From NCBI RefSeq assembly GCF_006345805.1, contig NC_042999.1:136090001-136154000 (forward strand): a stretch of DNA of 64,000 nt. Direction: 5' to 3'. Source of the DNA: Octopus sinensis (Eukaryota). This document shows, piece by piece, positions 1-13,342 of the stretch (the stretch's first letter is position 1; every line of letters starts with the position of its first letter). The notes beneath the pieces were generated by a model. That model had not been told where the DNA came from. It saw only the letters and a program-made list of their open reading frames with translations, and did no database searches. Both the position numbers and the translations under genes were made by a program.

Positions 1-631
1 AAGCATACATATCCACATATATGCACACACATAAACACTCAAATACCAAAAGCCAATCTACAACTTTAAAGGATTTTAGTTTCCTTTTTATCCTTTTCCA
101 CAAATCAGACATTGTCAAAGCTTTCTATTTTTTTGGTATTTTTTGATTTTTCTCTTTAAATATTGTGATACAACTTATTTTTCATTATCTTCTTCACAAG
201 AAATACATTTGAAAAATAATTCTATAATTCTATATACTTCTATAATTTTAGTCTTTAACACTTTTGGTGGTACATTGATTATAGTTCAAACAGGCTGAGG
301 TATAGTTGACACAAAAGATATGCAACTGAAAATAGGGATCAATAATCAAGGCTGATGCTAGAAAGTGTGGAGCCCAGTTAGAAAATGTCAGTGGGGACAC
401 TTACTCTGCAAAAACTGAAGATTGATGTTTTATGCTTTGTGTAGTGTGCCAGCCCCAGCCAAAAAGCATTGAAGGCTTGAGGCTACACCATTAACTACAA
501 TGATACACTAAAAATTCATCATAGCATCCTCCACTTGAGTGTGTGCATGGTGCCCTCTCTTGGCACAAGACCTAATTTGAACAAATCTGTCTAATTGGCT
601 TCAAAATGAATCCTGTCGAAGATGGTCCCTG

Positions 632-1392
632 GCATCATCATGATTTAGCATCAGCTGTCCATGCTGGCATGGGTTGCATGGTTTGACTAGGGCTGGCAAA
701 CTGGAAGGCTGTACCAGACTCCAGTCTGATTTGGCATGGTTTCTATGGCATCCAGTCATAGAAACCATGCCAACAACTCTGAAAGTGTAATGGGTGCTTG
801 TACATGCCAACAACTCTGAGAGTGTAATGGTGCATTTACGTGCCACTGGCCAACAACTAACGCCAACAACTCTGAGAGTGTAATGGGTGTTTTTATGTTC
901 CACTGGCATGGGTACCATTTGTGGTATCTGGCATGACTGTGATTTTACTTGGCTTGATGGGTCTTCTGAAGAACAACATAATGCCAAAGGTCTTGGTCAT
1001 TGCCTCCACAATGCCCAACATTCGAAAGGAACTTTTCACATGCAACTGGCATCAGGCCCAATGCTCAAAAGGTGCTTTTTATGTGCCATCAGCACAGGTG
1101 CCAGTTATGTGCCATGACTACGATCTCACTTGGCTTGATAGGTCTTCTCAAGCCCAGCATATCACCAATGGTCGTGGTCATTAGTCATTGCCTCTGTGAG
1201 GCCCAAAGTTTGAATATCATGCTTCACCACCCATGTCTTCTTGGGTCTAACTCTTCCACAGGTTCCCTCCACTGTTAGGGTGTGACACGTCTTCACTCAG
1301 CTATCCTCGGCCATACACATCACATGATCATACCAGCACAGTTGCTCTTGCACACCACATCTGATGCCTCTTGTGCCCAACTTTTCTCTCAC
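632..1392 (-). mobile_element. 3' fragment of RTE-PHD LINE family (ORF C-terminus, 3' UTR, (GAT)n tail)
   Basis: Reverse complement matches 21390-22280 (EGTCGR-coding segment, CCATGCCAGCATGG terminal motif, tail read as (CAT)n on +). Confidence 0.85.
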
Positions 1393-1669
1393 TTTAACAA
1401 AAATAATGTAATACAAGCAATTCTAATGAACTGAATTTAAATATTACAGACACCTGGCAATTGAATTAAAGACACATTGGGCTGTTTAATGAAAAGTTTG
1501 ATTAATGTTCCATTTAAATCTATCTCAAATGGATTAAAATAATAAAAGGTAAAATTGATAATTATAGTGGAATCCTCACTAACTGACTCTGATCTTCATC
1601 AGCTACAATAATCTACCACTTAGTTTTGATGTCACTCACCAGCACTTGCCAAAATATTTAATTTATAGT

Positions 1670-2008
1670 AGTGCATGGCTCAGTGATTAGAGCAGCAGGC
1701 TCACAATCATGAGGCAGAGAGTTCAATTCTCAGACCTGGCTATGTGTTGCGTTCTTGAGCAAGACACTTTATTTTTACATAGCTCTAGTTCACTCTTCTG
1801 TAGAAGTGAGTTATGACATCATTAGTTCCAAGCTGTATTAGCCTTTGTCCTTCCCTTGGATAACACTGGTGGCATGGAGAGGGGAAGCTAGTATACATGG
1901 GTGACTGCGGGCCTTCCATAAACAATCTTGCCCAAACTTGTGCTCGGAAGGTAACTTTCTAGGTGCAATCCCACTGTTATTCATGACTGAAGGGAGTCTT
2001 ATCCTTTT
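1670..2008 (+). mobile_element. tRNA-derived SINE, family B
   Basis: A box TGGCTCAGTGA, B box GTTCAATTC, core TTGAGCAAGACACTTTATTT; homologous to 18372-18727 and 27270-27580. Confidence 0.85.
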
Positions 2009-2399
2009 AAATAATTGTTTGCACCAATCATATCTCATTTCTGGTAGCTAGGACCATTATTTTATAGTTAAGTTTTAATATTTTAACTGTAAATATCACT
2101 TTTTACAGTTAAAAATATACCCCACCCTCTAAACATTATATGAGGGTGCTATTTAGGTTAAGGATCAAGAAACTGCAATTAGTGTAAGTTGTAGCAGTAC
2201 TCTAATGTGAAAATAAGTAGCATTAATTATAATTAATTCTTATACTAACAAACAATAAATAATTATTCATGTTGAAAAAATATCCTAATCAATATCACAT
2301 CAGGATAATATATACTAGGTATATCAGGAGAATATCTTGAGAATATGTAACTGTTTTGTCTAAAGTTTATAATAAAGAGAAGCAGCATGAAAAATGAAT

Positions 2400-3230
2400 G
2401 AAAAATTTTGGTGATATAAAAAGTAAGAATATAATTCAAAGCTGATAAACATTGAATGAAGATAAAGGGTCTAAGGTCAACAGTGTGGCCATGCAGTCAT
2501 GCAGTTAGCTTTGTGATATTGGAGAATTTCTGATGAAATGATCCTTATCCAAGCTATACTGTTTCCCAAGCTGTTGAATATTCAGAATAACTTTGAATAT
2601 TGAAATGGTTGATATCATAAGTTTAAATTAAGCTATAGGGCCAGTGAACATTATGCCTGAGATGAAAAAAGTTGACGTAAGAGTTGTTAATGTCATTGTT
2701 GATAAATGTTTATTTGGAACCTGATGAAAAGTTGTTAGCTGGGGGGGACCCCCATTCTCTCTCTCTATCCTTTTTAGTATTAATTCATCAAATGAAGAGA
2801 AAATCTAAGACCTTTGACAAATTTCTAGAGCTTGAAACAAATGAGATTGATGTGATTGGTGCTTAGTTTGAGTATTCAAAAGTCCAATGTACCCAGAAAA
2901 ACATAGATAGGGAGGGAATTCCTGAAGTTTGCACCTCTAAGACAAATGATTGAGTAGTGTTTGGTACAGAATGTGTGACATGAAGTAGAGTAGAGATGAT
3001 GAAAAGAAGAAAGATGGTGTATTAGATGGGCCTAAGTAGAAGAAGGGTAAACAAATAGCTAGTTCAGAGTAGCAGAAGCCATAGAAAAAGCATAGAAAGG
3101 AAACAACAGATCTATGAGCTAGTGGTTGCAGTATGCTGTCTGAATCTTTGCTAATCTATTAAATGGCCTTCTTTTGGATATGGTCTCAGATGTTTGTGTG
3201 TGTAGTAGCTGCCTTCCATCATAATCAACT
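2400..3230 (-). mobile_element. degraded CR1/L2/Jockey-group LINE remnant
   Basis: Minus-strand translation DHIQKKAI..LQPLAHR..FFYGFCYSELA..NSLP, typical of the ORF2 C-terminus; RT-like FIN(N)DI residues near 2690; many stops. Confidence 0.5.
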
Positions 3231-3439
3231 TTGGCTTTCATTCTTCTGAAGTATTGGAGTGAATATTTATAGTGCATCCTTGATGTGAATGACATTGTAA
3301 AAGGAGACAAGACTCAACATAAATTTTTAACTTTAACCATTTAGTATCTGTTAAATGTAATTCTTATCTAGTCACATTGTTTTGAATTAATCATGCATTA
3401 TCTTGGAGTTTCAAGATTTCAATGATATGATAACCATGT

Positions 3440-3873
3440 ACCTCCTCTACAGCAAGACACCTGTTTCTCCCTCTCTGTCTCTCTGTCACACTCTAACCTT
3501 TCATTATCTAACTGAAGATCACCTCCTCCAATGCCCCTCCCCTCTCAAAATGCCTTGTCTTGCAAGTTACTTGGTGACCCCGTCAGTACTGGTGCCATGT
3601 AAAAAGCATCCAGTCCACATTGTGAAGTGGTTGGTATTTGGAAGGGCATCCAGCTATATAAACCATGTCAAAACTGACCTTGCCTGTGCTGGTGCTGCCT
3701 AAAAATTACTCAGTCCACTCTGTGGGGTGGTTGGTGTTAGGAAGGGCATCCAGTCATAAAAATTATGCCAAAACAGATACAACACCCTGGTATAGCTTTC
3801 TACCTGACCAGCTTCTGTTAAACCATCCAACGCATGCCAGCATGGAAGGCAGACATTAAATGATGATGATGAT
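3440..3873 (+). mobile_element. short element ending in the RTE-PHD 3' tail
   Basis: GGTGCCATGTAAAAAGCA, duplicated GGAAGGGCATCCAG, CATGCCAGCATGG and (GAT)n tail. Confidence 0.75.
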
Positions 3874-4270
3874 ACTCTTTACTCTTTTACTCTTTCACTT
3901 GTTTCAGTCATTTGACTGTGGCCATGCTGGAGCACCGCCTTTAGTTGAGCACATCGACCACAGGACTTATTCTTTGTAAGCCTAGTACTTATTCTATCGA
4001 TCTCTTTTGCTGAACCGCTAAGTTACGGGTACGTAAACACACCACCATCGGTTGTCAAGCAATGCTGGAGGGACAAACACAGACACACATACATATACAT
4101 ATATACAATGGGCTTCTTTCAGTTTCTGTCTACCAAATCCTCTCACAAGGCTTTGGTTGACCCGAAGCTATAGTAGAAGGCACTTGCCCAAGGTGTCACA
4201 CAGTGGGACTGAACCCAGAACCATGTAGTTTGTAAGCAAGCTACTTACCACACAGCCACTCCTATACCTA
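3874..4270 (-). mobile_element. tRNA-derived SINE, family A, inserted in a (GAT)n tail
   Basis: Full-length reverse match to 7462 and 14328-14754 copies; (GAT)n on both sides. Confidence 0.9.
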
Positions 4271-4754
4271 TATGATGATGATGATGATTGTTAAATGATG
4301 ATAATGAGAATGACATTGTAGGGTAGGTGTTAGAAGCCAGATCTGGCTGGTTTGAACATAAAACAAATAGAATATTTGGGCTGGTTGTGGCCACTTTAAA
4401 TATTAAAGGGTTAAAAGGTACAAGAAAGCCTTTCTGCCGTCAATAGTTACCCAGCCTGATGTAGCATTGCTAATCTAATATTTTCCCAAATAACAGGAAA
4501 ATACTAAGTAAATGAGAAACATACTTTCCCCTGGATAGGGTGGATTCTGTCTATTGCAAGCAACCTTTCTTGTCAGAGGAATTGAAATTAACACTGCAAA
4601 TCTTTGTGAATTCCACAGCACCAGCCAGCATCTGATCAGTGATGAAGAATTTTGTGGCTCTAAACAGTAAGCCTAGTTTTGGGGGATGTCATTTAGACAA
4701 TGTTCTGGGCCATGATGAGAGACCATCTGAGATAGAGAGGTTGAACATTTGTAA

Positions 4755-4890
4755 TGATGATAATAATAATAACGGTGATGACATGATGATGATGACAACA
4801 ACAACGACGACAATGATAATGATGATGACAGTGATGATAATGGCAATGACAAATACAACAACAATGATGATGATGATAACAGTAATATCA
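4755..4890. repeat. degenerate (GAT/AAT/AAC)n trinucleotide repeat
   Basis: Seen directly; explains the poly-M/T/I ORFs. Confidence 0.9.
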
Positions 4891-5590
4891 GAAAATGAGG
4901 AAAGATTTTTGAATGACAAGGTTATTCTAAAGGCAGCCAATGCTATTATAGTCCACCTTAGATAAATAAATAAAAGAAGAAAAAAAAAACGCAATTTAAT
5001 GTAAGGTAGAGATTCAGTACAGAAGAATAAACAAGCAAATAAATTTCTAAAAGCTAAACATTAGAAGTGCAACTGTTGGGTCATTTTACTTACTGATTAA
5101 ACTGTGGAGAATGACAGAGGCCAGCACTCATGGAAGATTGATAACTTAAGCAAAGAAATGGTTAACATAGAAAAGAAAGACAAACAAAACACCCTACTAA
5201 TGTATATAGCCAGTCCCAATTAATGTAAATATCAGTCCTGTAGTTGCATATGTAGGGGGGAAAACAATTCAGTTATTAATTTTTTAAAACTTCCTCCCAT
5301 ATACAAGATTCATTCAATGTGGACATGACAAATTAGCCTCAGTCAACAAAACCATGATGCTGTAAGCTGTACTTTAACATAAAAACCACATTTGAGTACT
5401 GTTGTGATATCTGGAATAGTGCTGCTGCAGTGTTGCTATATGTACAAACATCTAATGGAAGGCTGTTTAACTAATTAGCAAAGATTCTCCAGCCAACACA
5501 CTTCAATATCTCAATAATTTACTCACCAATGCACTGTAACCACTCAAAGACTCTCTCAGCAACACATTAGAATCACAGGTTCACAGACGT

Positions 5591-6000
5591 AGCTTGCTTT
5601 GAAACCACATTGTTTCAAAGCTTGCTTTGAAACCACATTGTTTCAAAGCTTGCTTTGAAACAATGTGGTTTTTGGTTCAGTCCCACTGTGTGGTATCTTG
5701 GGTAAGTGCCTTTTACTATAGCCCGGCCTATGTGTGTGTGTGTGGACACATGCATGCACGTGTGTGTGTGTGTGTGTATGTGTTTGTGTTTGTCCCCAAC
5801 AACTGCTTGACAACTGGTGTTGATTTATTTACATCCCTGTAAATTAAGCCAACATCCCCAGATCAGCAAAAGAAGACTGATAGAATGAGTATTAGACTTA
5901 ACAAATAAATACTAGGGCCAATTTGTTTGACTAAACACCTCAATGAAATGCCCCAGCATGGCCACAGTCCAGAAACAGAAATTACTAAAAGATAAAAAAG
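5591..6000 (+). mobile_element. SINE family A with rearranged head
   Basis: GGTTCAGTCCCACTG B box, central (TG)n, CCCCAGCATGGCCACAGTC tail. Confidence 0.8.
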
Positions 6001-6192
6001 AAGACACAGTCGTTTTACTCTGTCACTTCTATCATTATTAAAATGTTGTATTTTCTATAATCTAGGCAGTCACAAACCACTCCCAATCATGCACTTTACC
6101 TGTTTTCCTTCAATAAGCCTTACATTAATCATTATACTCAATCACATCCTGCCATGATTGCAATTCTTTCTGAATTCTCTCTTTGTCTACTG

Positions 6193-6658
6193 CAGGGGGT
6201 TCACAACCATTTTTTTTATCTATGGACCCCTTTGATTATTATTTTATACTGGTGCCCCCTGTCAAGACATTCAGTGTTTAAAAACTAGTTTTGAATTAAT
6301 CATGTTATTACCTTGTAACTTTGAGATTTTGATGATGTGATTGTATATTCTTAGCATGACATGCTAGAACAGGGGTTCCAACCATTTTTATCTATGGACC
6401 CCTTTTGATTATTAAAACTGGTTTTATAGAAACATCTTTCAAAATTCCTAGTTTGTTTTTCATACATTAACTTCTGTAGGTTGAACTTTGTAAAATGTTC
6501 AAGAAAGAAACCTAGCTGTTTCTTGCAATACATACTAATACATACATTTAAAACAAAGCTTTTTTGGGGTCCTTAAAACACTGCTATGGATCCCCAATTT
6601 ACTATTTTGTTGTGTGGACCCCTAAAAGTCTTTTATGGACCCTGATTGAGAACCACTG
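6193..6658. mobile_element. hAT (Charlie-like) MITE
   Basis: TIRs CAGGGGGTTCACAA / TTGAGAACCACTG; 8-bp TSD GTCTACTG (6185-6192) vs GTCTACAG (6659-6666). Confidence 0.75.
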
Positions 6659-6801
6659 GTCTACAGTCTCCCTGCAGAAACTGATCTTCAAAACTTCATG
6701 CAGAAAATCAAGTACATTGATTTCACTAGTCTGGGAGTAACCTGAAAAGGCCATAGGCCCAACAATCACTCAGATAAAATTATAATAATAAAAAGTGAAT
6801 A

Positions 6802-7163
6802 TAGATGCAGATGTGGCTGTGTGGTCAAGAAACTTGCTTCCCAACCACGTGGTCTTGGGTTCAGTCCCACTGTTGTGACTGGATATGGTAGACAGAAACT
6901 AGAAACTGAAAAAAGTCAATTGTGTACATACATACACATATATATGTATATATGTGTGTATTTGTACTTGTGTTTGTCTCCTATCACTGCTTGACAACCA
7001 ATGGTAGTTTGTTTACATTCCTGTAACTTAGTGATTTACCAAAAATAGACCAAGAGAATAAGTATGAAAAAACAAATTGGAGTCAATTTGTTCGACTAGA
7101 AACTTCAAGGTTATGCCCCAACATGGCCACAGTTGAATGACTGAAGCAAATAAAAGATAAAAG
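6802..7163 (+). mobile_element. SINE family A, internally deleted
   Basis: GTGGCTGTGTGG A box, GGTTCAGTCCC B box, AAAAGAT tail. Confidence 0.8.
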
Positions 7164-7229
7164 ATATATATATTAAAAAGTATAAATTAAAACTATTTGA
7201 ACTATTTGCTTCCATAAAATAGTTAACTA

Positions 7230-7455
7230 AAGGCCTGTTTGCTTATATAAAACAATGAACAGTTTGCCAATATAAAACAGATGAAGAAAGTTTTATTTGT
7301 TTATATAAAACAGACGAAGGGTTTGTTTGCCTTTATAAAACAGACAATAACAAGTTTGTTTGTATATATAAAACAAGCAATGAAAAGTTTGTTTGCCTAT
7401 AATAACAGACACTAAAAGTTTGTTTGCCTATATTAAACATAAAAAAAGGGTTGCC
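7230..7455. repeat. degenerate minisatellite (GTTTGCCTATATAAAACA core)
   Basis: About 7 diverged units visible. Confidence 0.7.
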
Positions 7456-7461
7456 TACATA

Positions 7462-7812
7462 GGCGCAGGAGTGGCTTTGTGGTAAGTAGCTTACTAACCA
7501 ACCACATGGTTCCAGGTTCAGTCCCACTGCGTGGCATCTTGGGCAACTGTCTTCTGCTATAGCCTCGGGCCGACCAAAGCCTTGTGAGTGGATTTGGTAG
7601 ACGGAAACTGAAAGAAGCCTGTCGTATATATGTATATATATATGTATGTGTGTGTATGTTTGTGTGTCTGTATTTGTCCCTCTAGCATTTTTGTCCCTCT
7701 AGCATTGACAACCGATGCTGGTGTGTTTATGTCCCTGTCACTTAGCAGTTCGACCGATAGAATAAGTACTGGGCTTACAAAGAATAAGTATGTGTGTGTG
7801 TACAAAGAATAA
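7462..7812 (+). mobile_element. SINE family A, 3'-truncated
   Basis: GGCGCAGGAGTGGCTTTGTGGTAAG head, B box, central TA/TG microsatellite. Confidence 0.9.
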
Positions 7813-7924
7813 GTGTGTGTGTGTGTGTGTGTGTACATATATTAACAATGGAGCAATGCAAGAAGGTACTTACACAACAACTTTCTTTAAAGTTATACCT
7901 CATGATGCTTCACCAAAACTACCT

Positions 7925-7958
<34 letters not shown>

Positions 7959-8007
7959 CAGACAGATAGACAGATAGATAGACAAATAGATAGAAAGATG
8001 GACAGAC

Positions 8008-8092
<85 letters not shown>
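7925..8092. repeat. (TA)n(GATA/GACA)n microsatellite
   Basis: Seen directly. Confidence 0.95.
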
Positions 8093-9600
8093 CAGGGTGC
8101 ATCAGTTTTTTGAGGTCATTTATATGAGTTTAGAACGAGACACATAGCTCATCAAAGAAAAGCTGTATTTGAAAGCAAATAGGTCAAAATAATCTTGAGA
8201 ACCCTTTTACTACACTATTCAATGACTCCACCAACACCAATGGCTGCTTCAATACAGCAGTGGGAGTGCTGACATGCCTGAATCAGATGATCTTTACCAA
8301 TTTCAGATATGGTTATGGCAAACTTGAGAGCTTGTATAGTGTTATGGGTGTGTTGGTTGACCTCTCTCTCAACTACTGCCCAAATATAATAGTTTAGTCG
8401 ATTGAAGTCTGATGAGGTGAGCTAGGAGGCCGTGTGTCTGGGAGAATATGATTATGGAGATTGCCACACATTCATGCTCGGGTTGTCCTAGTCTTATGAG
8501 AAGTACAGTCTTCTGTTGTGTACTCTGTCTATCCGGGGCCTCACAACATTCTCCAACACTTCTGTGGAGACAGTGGCACTGACTCTTAAGCTCTGTGAAT
8601 ACAAGTGAAGAGGTATGACATCTCCTTCATTGTTGATGACTCTTTGAAGCATTAGTGTTACTCTTTTAATTGTTTCAGTCATCTTGACTGTGGCCATGCT
8701 GGAGCACTGCCTATTTAGTCGAGCAAATTGACCCCAGGACTTATTCTTTGTAAGCCTAGTACTTATTCTATCGGTCTTTTTTGCCGAACCGCTAAGTTAC
8801 GGGGACGTAAACACACCACCATCTGTTGTCAAGCGATGTTGGGGGGAAAACCACAAACACATAAACACACACAGACATACATATATATATACATATATAC
8901 GACGGGCTTCTTTCAGTTTCCGTCTACCAAATCCACTCACAAGGCTTTGGTGGGCCTGAGGCTATAGTTGAATGATACTTGCCCAAGGTGCCATGCAGTA
9001 GGAATGAACCCAGAACTCCTGTAATATAGTTGATAATATAGTATGCATGGCTGTTGGAACCTTATTTAGGTCTGCACAAGTATCTGTCGTTCGTTCAGTT
9101 TACTTTTTGGTCCTCATTGAAGTTTCTCTCATTGGTGTAAACCCAAAGCATTTCAGCCTCTTGGTGTTTTAACTTGTTTAATAAGCACTTTCCATGGATC
9201 AAATGATTCGCTCTTGTCATATCCAACATAAAGTGACCTCTCTGCGTCACATACAACTTGTACCAGATGCCCTCATGCACAGCTCTTCTGATTGGTGCAT
9301 TCTGGAACCTCAAAGTCCTTGCAATGGCTCTGATTATTTCTTGGACATTTTGTACCAAGTTATGAGTTCTGATAAAGTTACGACTCTGTGTATACATTTA
9401 GCTGCTGATGTTGTATCACAATCAGCATCTTCCAGCTTCTTTTGAATTCTGACAATGAAGGAATGCATAACTTTCAGGAAACAAACTATCTCTGTATCAC
9501 TATGATGCACTTTTAAGGTAACGATTACAGTGTGCCTTTTCATTTATTGGGCCAGGTTAATTCAGTTGAGTAAGAAGTAGTGTAAAAAAATATTAGAAGA
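8093..9600 (-). mobile_element. Tc1/mariner maT-like transposon remnant interrupted by a SINE
   Basis: TA|CAGGGTG terminus at 8091; minus-strand peptides AVHEGIWYKLY, LLNKLKH, ERNFNEDQKVN and WPPSSP..YYIW; homologous to 35180-36430. Confidence 0.75.
8660..9018 (-). mobile_element. SINE family A inside the maT remnant
   Basis: Reverse match to family A; the tRNA head is truncated. Confidence 0.9.
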
Positions 9601-9859
9601 AAGTTAGAGCTTTTGAAACATGTGTCCTCAAAAATGGAGGCTTCTGCACAGATTTTGTCTATCAAATTCAATCAAAGCCTTGGACAACTTGCATAATATA
9701 GCTAATGAAAGTCTGTCTGTTAAAATATCAAATTAAAGGTCTCAATATTAAAAAATAATTATTTTACAGGTGTGAATAGCCACATGAAAACTTTAAAACC
9801 TAGTATAAAGGACAGTTTCTTGTATAAATGTATATTGTGGTATGATATATGATTTACCA

Positions 9860-10212
9860 TTTATCTTTTACTTGTTTTAATCATTGGATTGCAGACTTGC
9901 TGGGGCACCACCTTGAAAAATTTAGTCAAACAAATTGACCCCGTACTTATATTCTATCAATCTCAATATGTGGAACTGCTAAGTTATGGAGACATAAACA
10001 AACCAATGCTGGTTGTCAAGTGGTAGTGGAGAACAAACACAAAGACAGAGACACATGCTCGTGCACACACACATGTATATGACAAGTTTTGTTCAGTTTC
10101 TGTCTACCAAATCCATTCACAAGGTTGGCACTAGCTCAATGTGCCAAGTAGTGAGACTGAACTCAGAATCATGATTAGAAAATAAACTTCATACTACACA
10201 ATCACACCTGCA
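9860..10212 (-). mobile_element. SINE family A, diverged
   Basis: Reverse match to family A tail, core and head. Confidence 0.75.
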
Positions 10213-11449
10213 CTTACAGAGAATAAAAAACAATATGATATATATAGGGGTGGGACAAATTTTGTCTGCTCTAAAGGTTTATAGAAGATGCTTTCTCAAG
10301 ATGAATGCCACAGTTCTGTGGCTTTCTATGATATATCCACATTGAGTAAGACATACAGAATGCTATTTTGAAATAACATTGCTTCTGTTGCTATTAATGA
10401 ATTTTATCACTCTGATTTTATTTTATGGTTTGGTCTAGAGGAACTTTCCTTGGCAATGATAAGTTCCAGTCCATTATCTTAGCTATATGCATAGACACTT
10501 GTTATGTCTACGACTTTATAAAAAGACAACCTAGACAACTTACATTGCAATTATTCATATTGTAGTAAAATATAATACATTACATATTTATTTACTGAAC
10601 AATGAAAAACATTAGATTTTTGGGAATTATTTTGGTTTTTATATAAAAGAATGAAAGCAATTTTGGATTTTATTTCAAATTTCTCCATCATTTTTCTGAA
10701 AGGAGAGATTCTTATTTTAACCTTTTCATAACCCATGTTACTAAACCATTTTCTGTCAACCATTCATTCTGTATTTAAGCTTTATAGATTAAATTTTCTA
10801 TATTAACATTTTACTACATACTACACCATTTTAATTGTTATCATTTCATAGCAAATTTATTATCACTTAAAATATTTTTTTGCACTATTACAACAGGTTA
10901 TAAAGATCAATATATTTATTTGTATTTCTAAACAATAACCCCAGTAAAGAACCAACTCTAAGTATTTACAAGCTGTCAGCCAATATTTTTCTTTATTTCA
11001 ATGCTTGTTAGCTTAATTCACAAGATTTTGGACTTCTGCCCAACCAATTCTTACCATACATTTTTCTCCACATTTCTATACAAACTGTCTGCAGACTGTG
11101 TAGATGAATTTTGATGATCAACAAGTCAAAAATGTCTTTTACTTCTGAACTTGAACTGATTCTGTCAGGAAATCATACACCACCCAATTCATTCAAGTCA
11201 AAATAAGTGCTCTCCTGTCACCACACATAACAGATTGATGAACAACATTTCTGAAATTTCATATAAACAATTTGTGGCCCCATTCTTTGTTTTATGTCAG
11301 GAGTTGTTCAGAGCCAAAAACAACCAAATCATTATCATCAATGTTATGTCCATTTTACCATGCTTGTATGAGTAGTAGTAGTCATTGTAACAGCAGCAGC
11401 AGTAGTAGTAGTAGTACATGGCCAATTAATGTAACCAAGGATGTTGGAA

Positions 11450-12130
11450 GTAAGGAACACTTGGTTGTAGCTGACTGACTGACACCTGAAACTCAGTTGC
11501 TAGTTATAGCCACCTATAAGCAAGTCATTAGAATGAACTTGATAAAGACTGATAAAACTCAGTCAGAGAGCAAACGCAGAATCTGTGGGAAAGGAGATGA
11601 ATGTATTAAACATTCCTTAAATGAATGCAGTAAGCTAGCACAAAAACAATATAAGTACAGGTACAACTGTATTGGTGAAAGAATGCATTGGAATATTAAC
11701 TATGAGAATTCAAAGTAGGAAAAAAGTGTTATGAACACAAGTCAGAGGCTGTGATAGCAGAATAATAATTACAGGATTTTATGGGATTTCTATCCTAGAA
11801 AGACAATAACTAAATAAATAAAATGCAATAAAAAATAAAAACCACAGTGTAGGATCATAAACGTTGCAATGCCATTTAATAATAGAGTGGATAACAAAGA
11901 CATCAAGAAAAATGAGAATAATCAGGACCTAGCCAGAGAGAGATGAAGAGATTGTGGAAGGCTAAGATGACGATTATTCTTGTGGTAATTTATGCACTTG
12001 ATAGAAAACACAAACTCATATCTAAGAGGCTGAATGTTATTGGAATTGGGATACACTGTAGAATTACAGAAAAGTACGAACTTGCATTCTACAAAAATTT
12101 TAAGAAGAATTCTTGAGATTTGAGGAGACT
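11450..12130 (+). mobile_element. R4/Dong-clade non-LTR remnant (zinc knuckle and restriction-like endonuclease region)
   Basis: DKTQSESKRRICGKGDECIKHSLNECSKLAQKQYKYRYN..MHW, followed by WDF and DLA motifs; multiple lesions. Confidence 0.7.
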
Positions 12131-12184
12131 TATTGGCACCAAACATCAAGATAACATCCCTGCCAACATAGTATGCAATAGTTT

Positions 12185-12285
12185 TGATGATCATGATGAA
12201 GATGAAAATAAGGATGATGATGAAGATGATGAAGATGAAAATAAGGATGATGATGATAAGAATAACAACAATGACAATAATAATT
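12185..12285. repeat. (GAT/GAA/AAC) trinucleotide repeat with a short duplication
   Basis: Seen directly. Confidence 0.85.
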
Positions 12286-12459
12286 TTCTATATATAAAGA
12301 AACAATGAGGTATAAACTTGAACTGAAGTAAAAGATTTGGAAGAGGATAAAACAAGAAAGGTAAAAAAAAAGCAAATGACAATATCACATTAGTATTCAA
12401 AATAAACTAAAGAAAAACTGAAGATAAAAAAAAATAACCTACTTCATTGTTAATACCTT

Positions 12460-13025
12460 ACAAAACTTGACAGAGAGGAAGTAAGCTAACAGTAACTTAA
12501 AAGCTCTGGGCTAAAAGCAGAAACTGAAGGTCTGGTTTTAGCTTCTTAAGACTACTACCTAGACACAAACAACTATAAAAATAAAATGATGTAAACACAC
12601 CAGACGATTTAGCAGGTACAATGAGATAATTGACCATATCATCTCTGGCTACCCAGGTCTTTGTCAAGTTCAAGAATATTCACAGACATGACTGAGTGGA
12701 CAACTACGTGCACTTGGCAATATGCTGACACACTGACATGAAAATGGATATGAAGTAGTGGTACAAACATCTTCCAAACATAGTACATGACAATTGTCTG
12801 AGATATGCTTGTCCAGACTGGTAAGGAGATCAAGACAAACTATCCAGTAATAATATCATAAGCGTGGATGAAAATAGCTGTACAGTGACAGACACTTTGA
12901 TCCCTTCTGACCAAGGTATTGTCTGAAAAGAAGTGGATAAACTTCTTGAAAATGAAATTAGTGGGATTTGAAACATGAAGGTGAAAGCAGTACAAATAAT
13001 AATTGGTATTAGGTATGATAAGAAA
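12460..13025 (+). mobile_element. second R4/Dong-clade remnant
   Basis: LKSSGLKAETEGLVLA, EIIDHIISGYP, RHD, DMLVQT, IPSD motifs in order. Confidence 0.65.
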
Positions 13026-13041
13026 AAAACTCAACAAACGT

Positions 13042-13246
13042 AGGCACACACGTGGCTGTATGGTAAGAAGCTTGCTTCCTAACCACATGGTTCAAGATTC
13101 AGTCCCACTGCATGGCATCTTGGGTAAGTGTCTTCTACTATAGCCTCAAGCCAATCAAAGCCTTGTGAGATGATTTGGTAGATGGAAACTGAAAGAAGCC
13201 TGTAGTATCTATCTATCTGCCTGTCAGTCAGTCAGTCTGTCTGTCA

Positions 13247-13342
<96 letters not shown>

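Larger units (their letters stand above)
3334..4414. mobile_element. TTAA-flanked (piggyBac-like) MITE split by nested insertions
   Basis: TTAACC... at 3334 and ...AAAGGGTTAA at 4414; the two halves join up in the uninterrupted reverse copy at 60520-60740. Confidence 0.7.

Noticed and set aside
4577-4666. 90-nt AG...GTAAG candidate exon on +
   Set aside because: Weak pyrimidine tract, unrecognised peptide, expected by chance
4639-4994. ORFs rich in M/T/I, YI, VC, HT or SL (also 7893, 25933-26200, 55541-56153, 62110-62782)
   Set aside because: They are translations of microsatellites
7462-7535. tRNA-like A/B boxes in SINE heads
   Set aside because: They run into SINE bodies with no clean cloverleaf, so they are not tRNA genes
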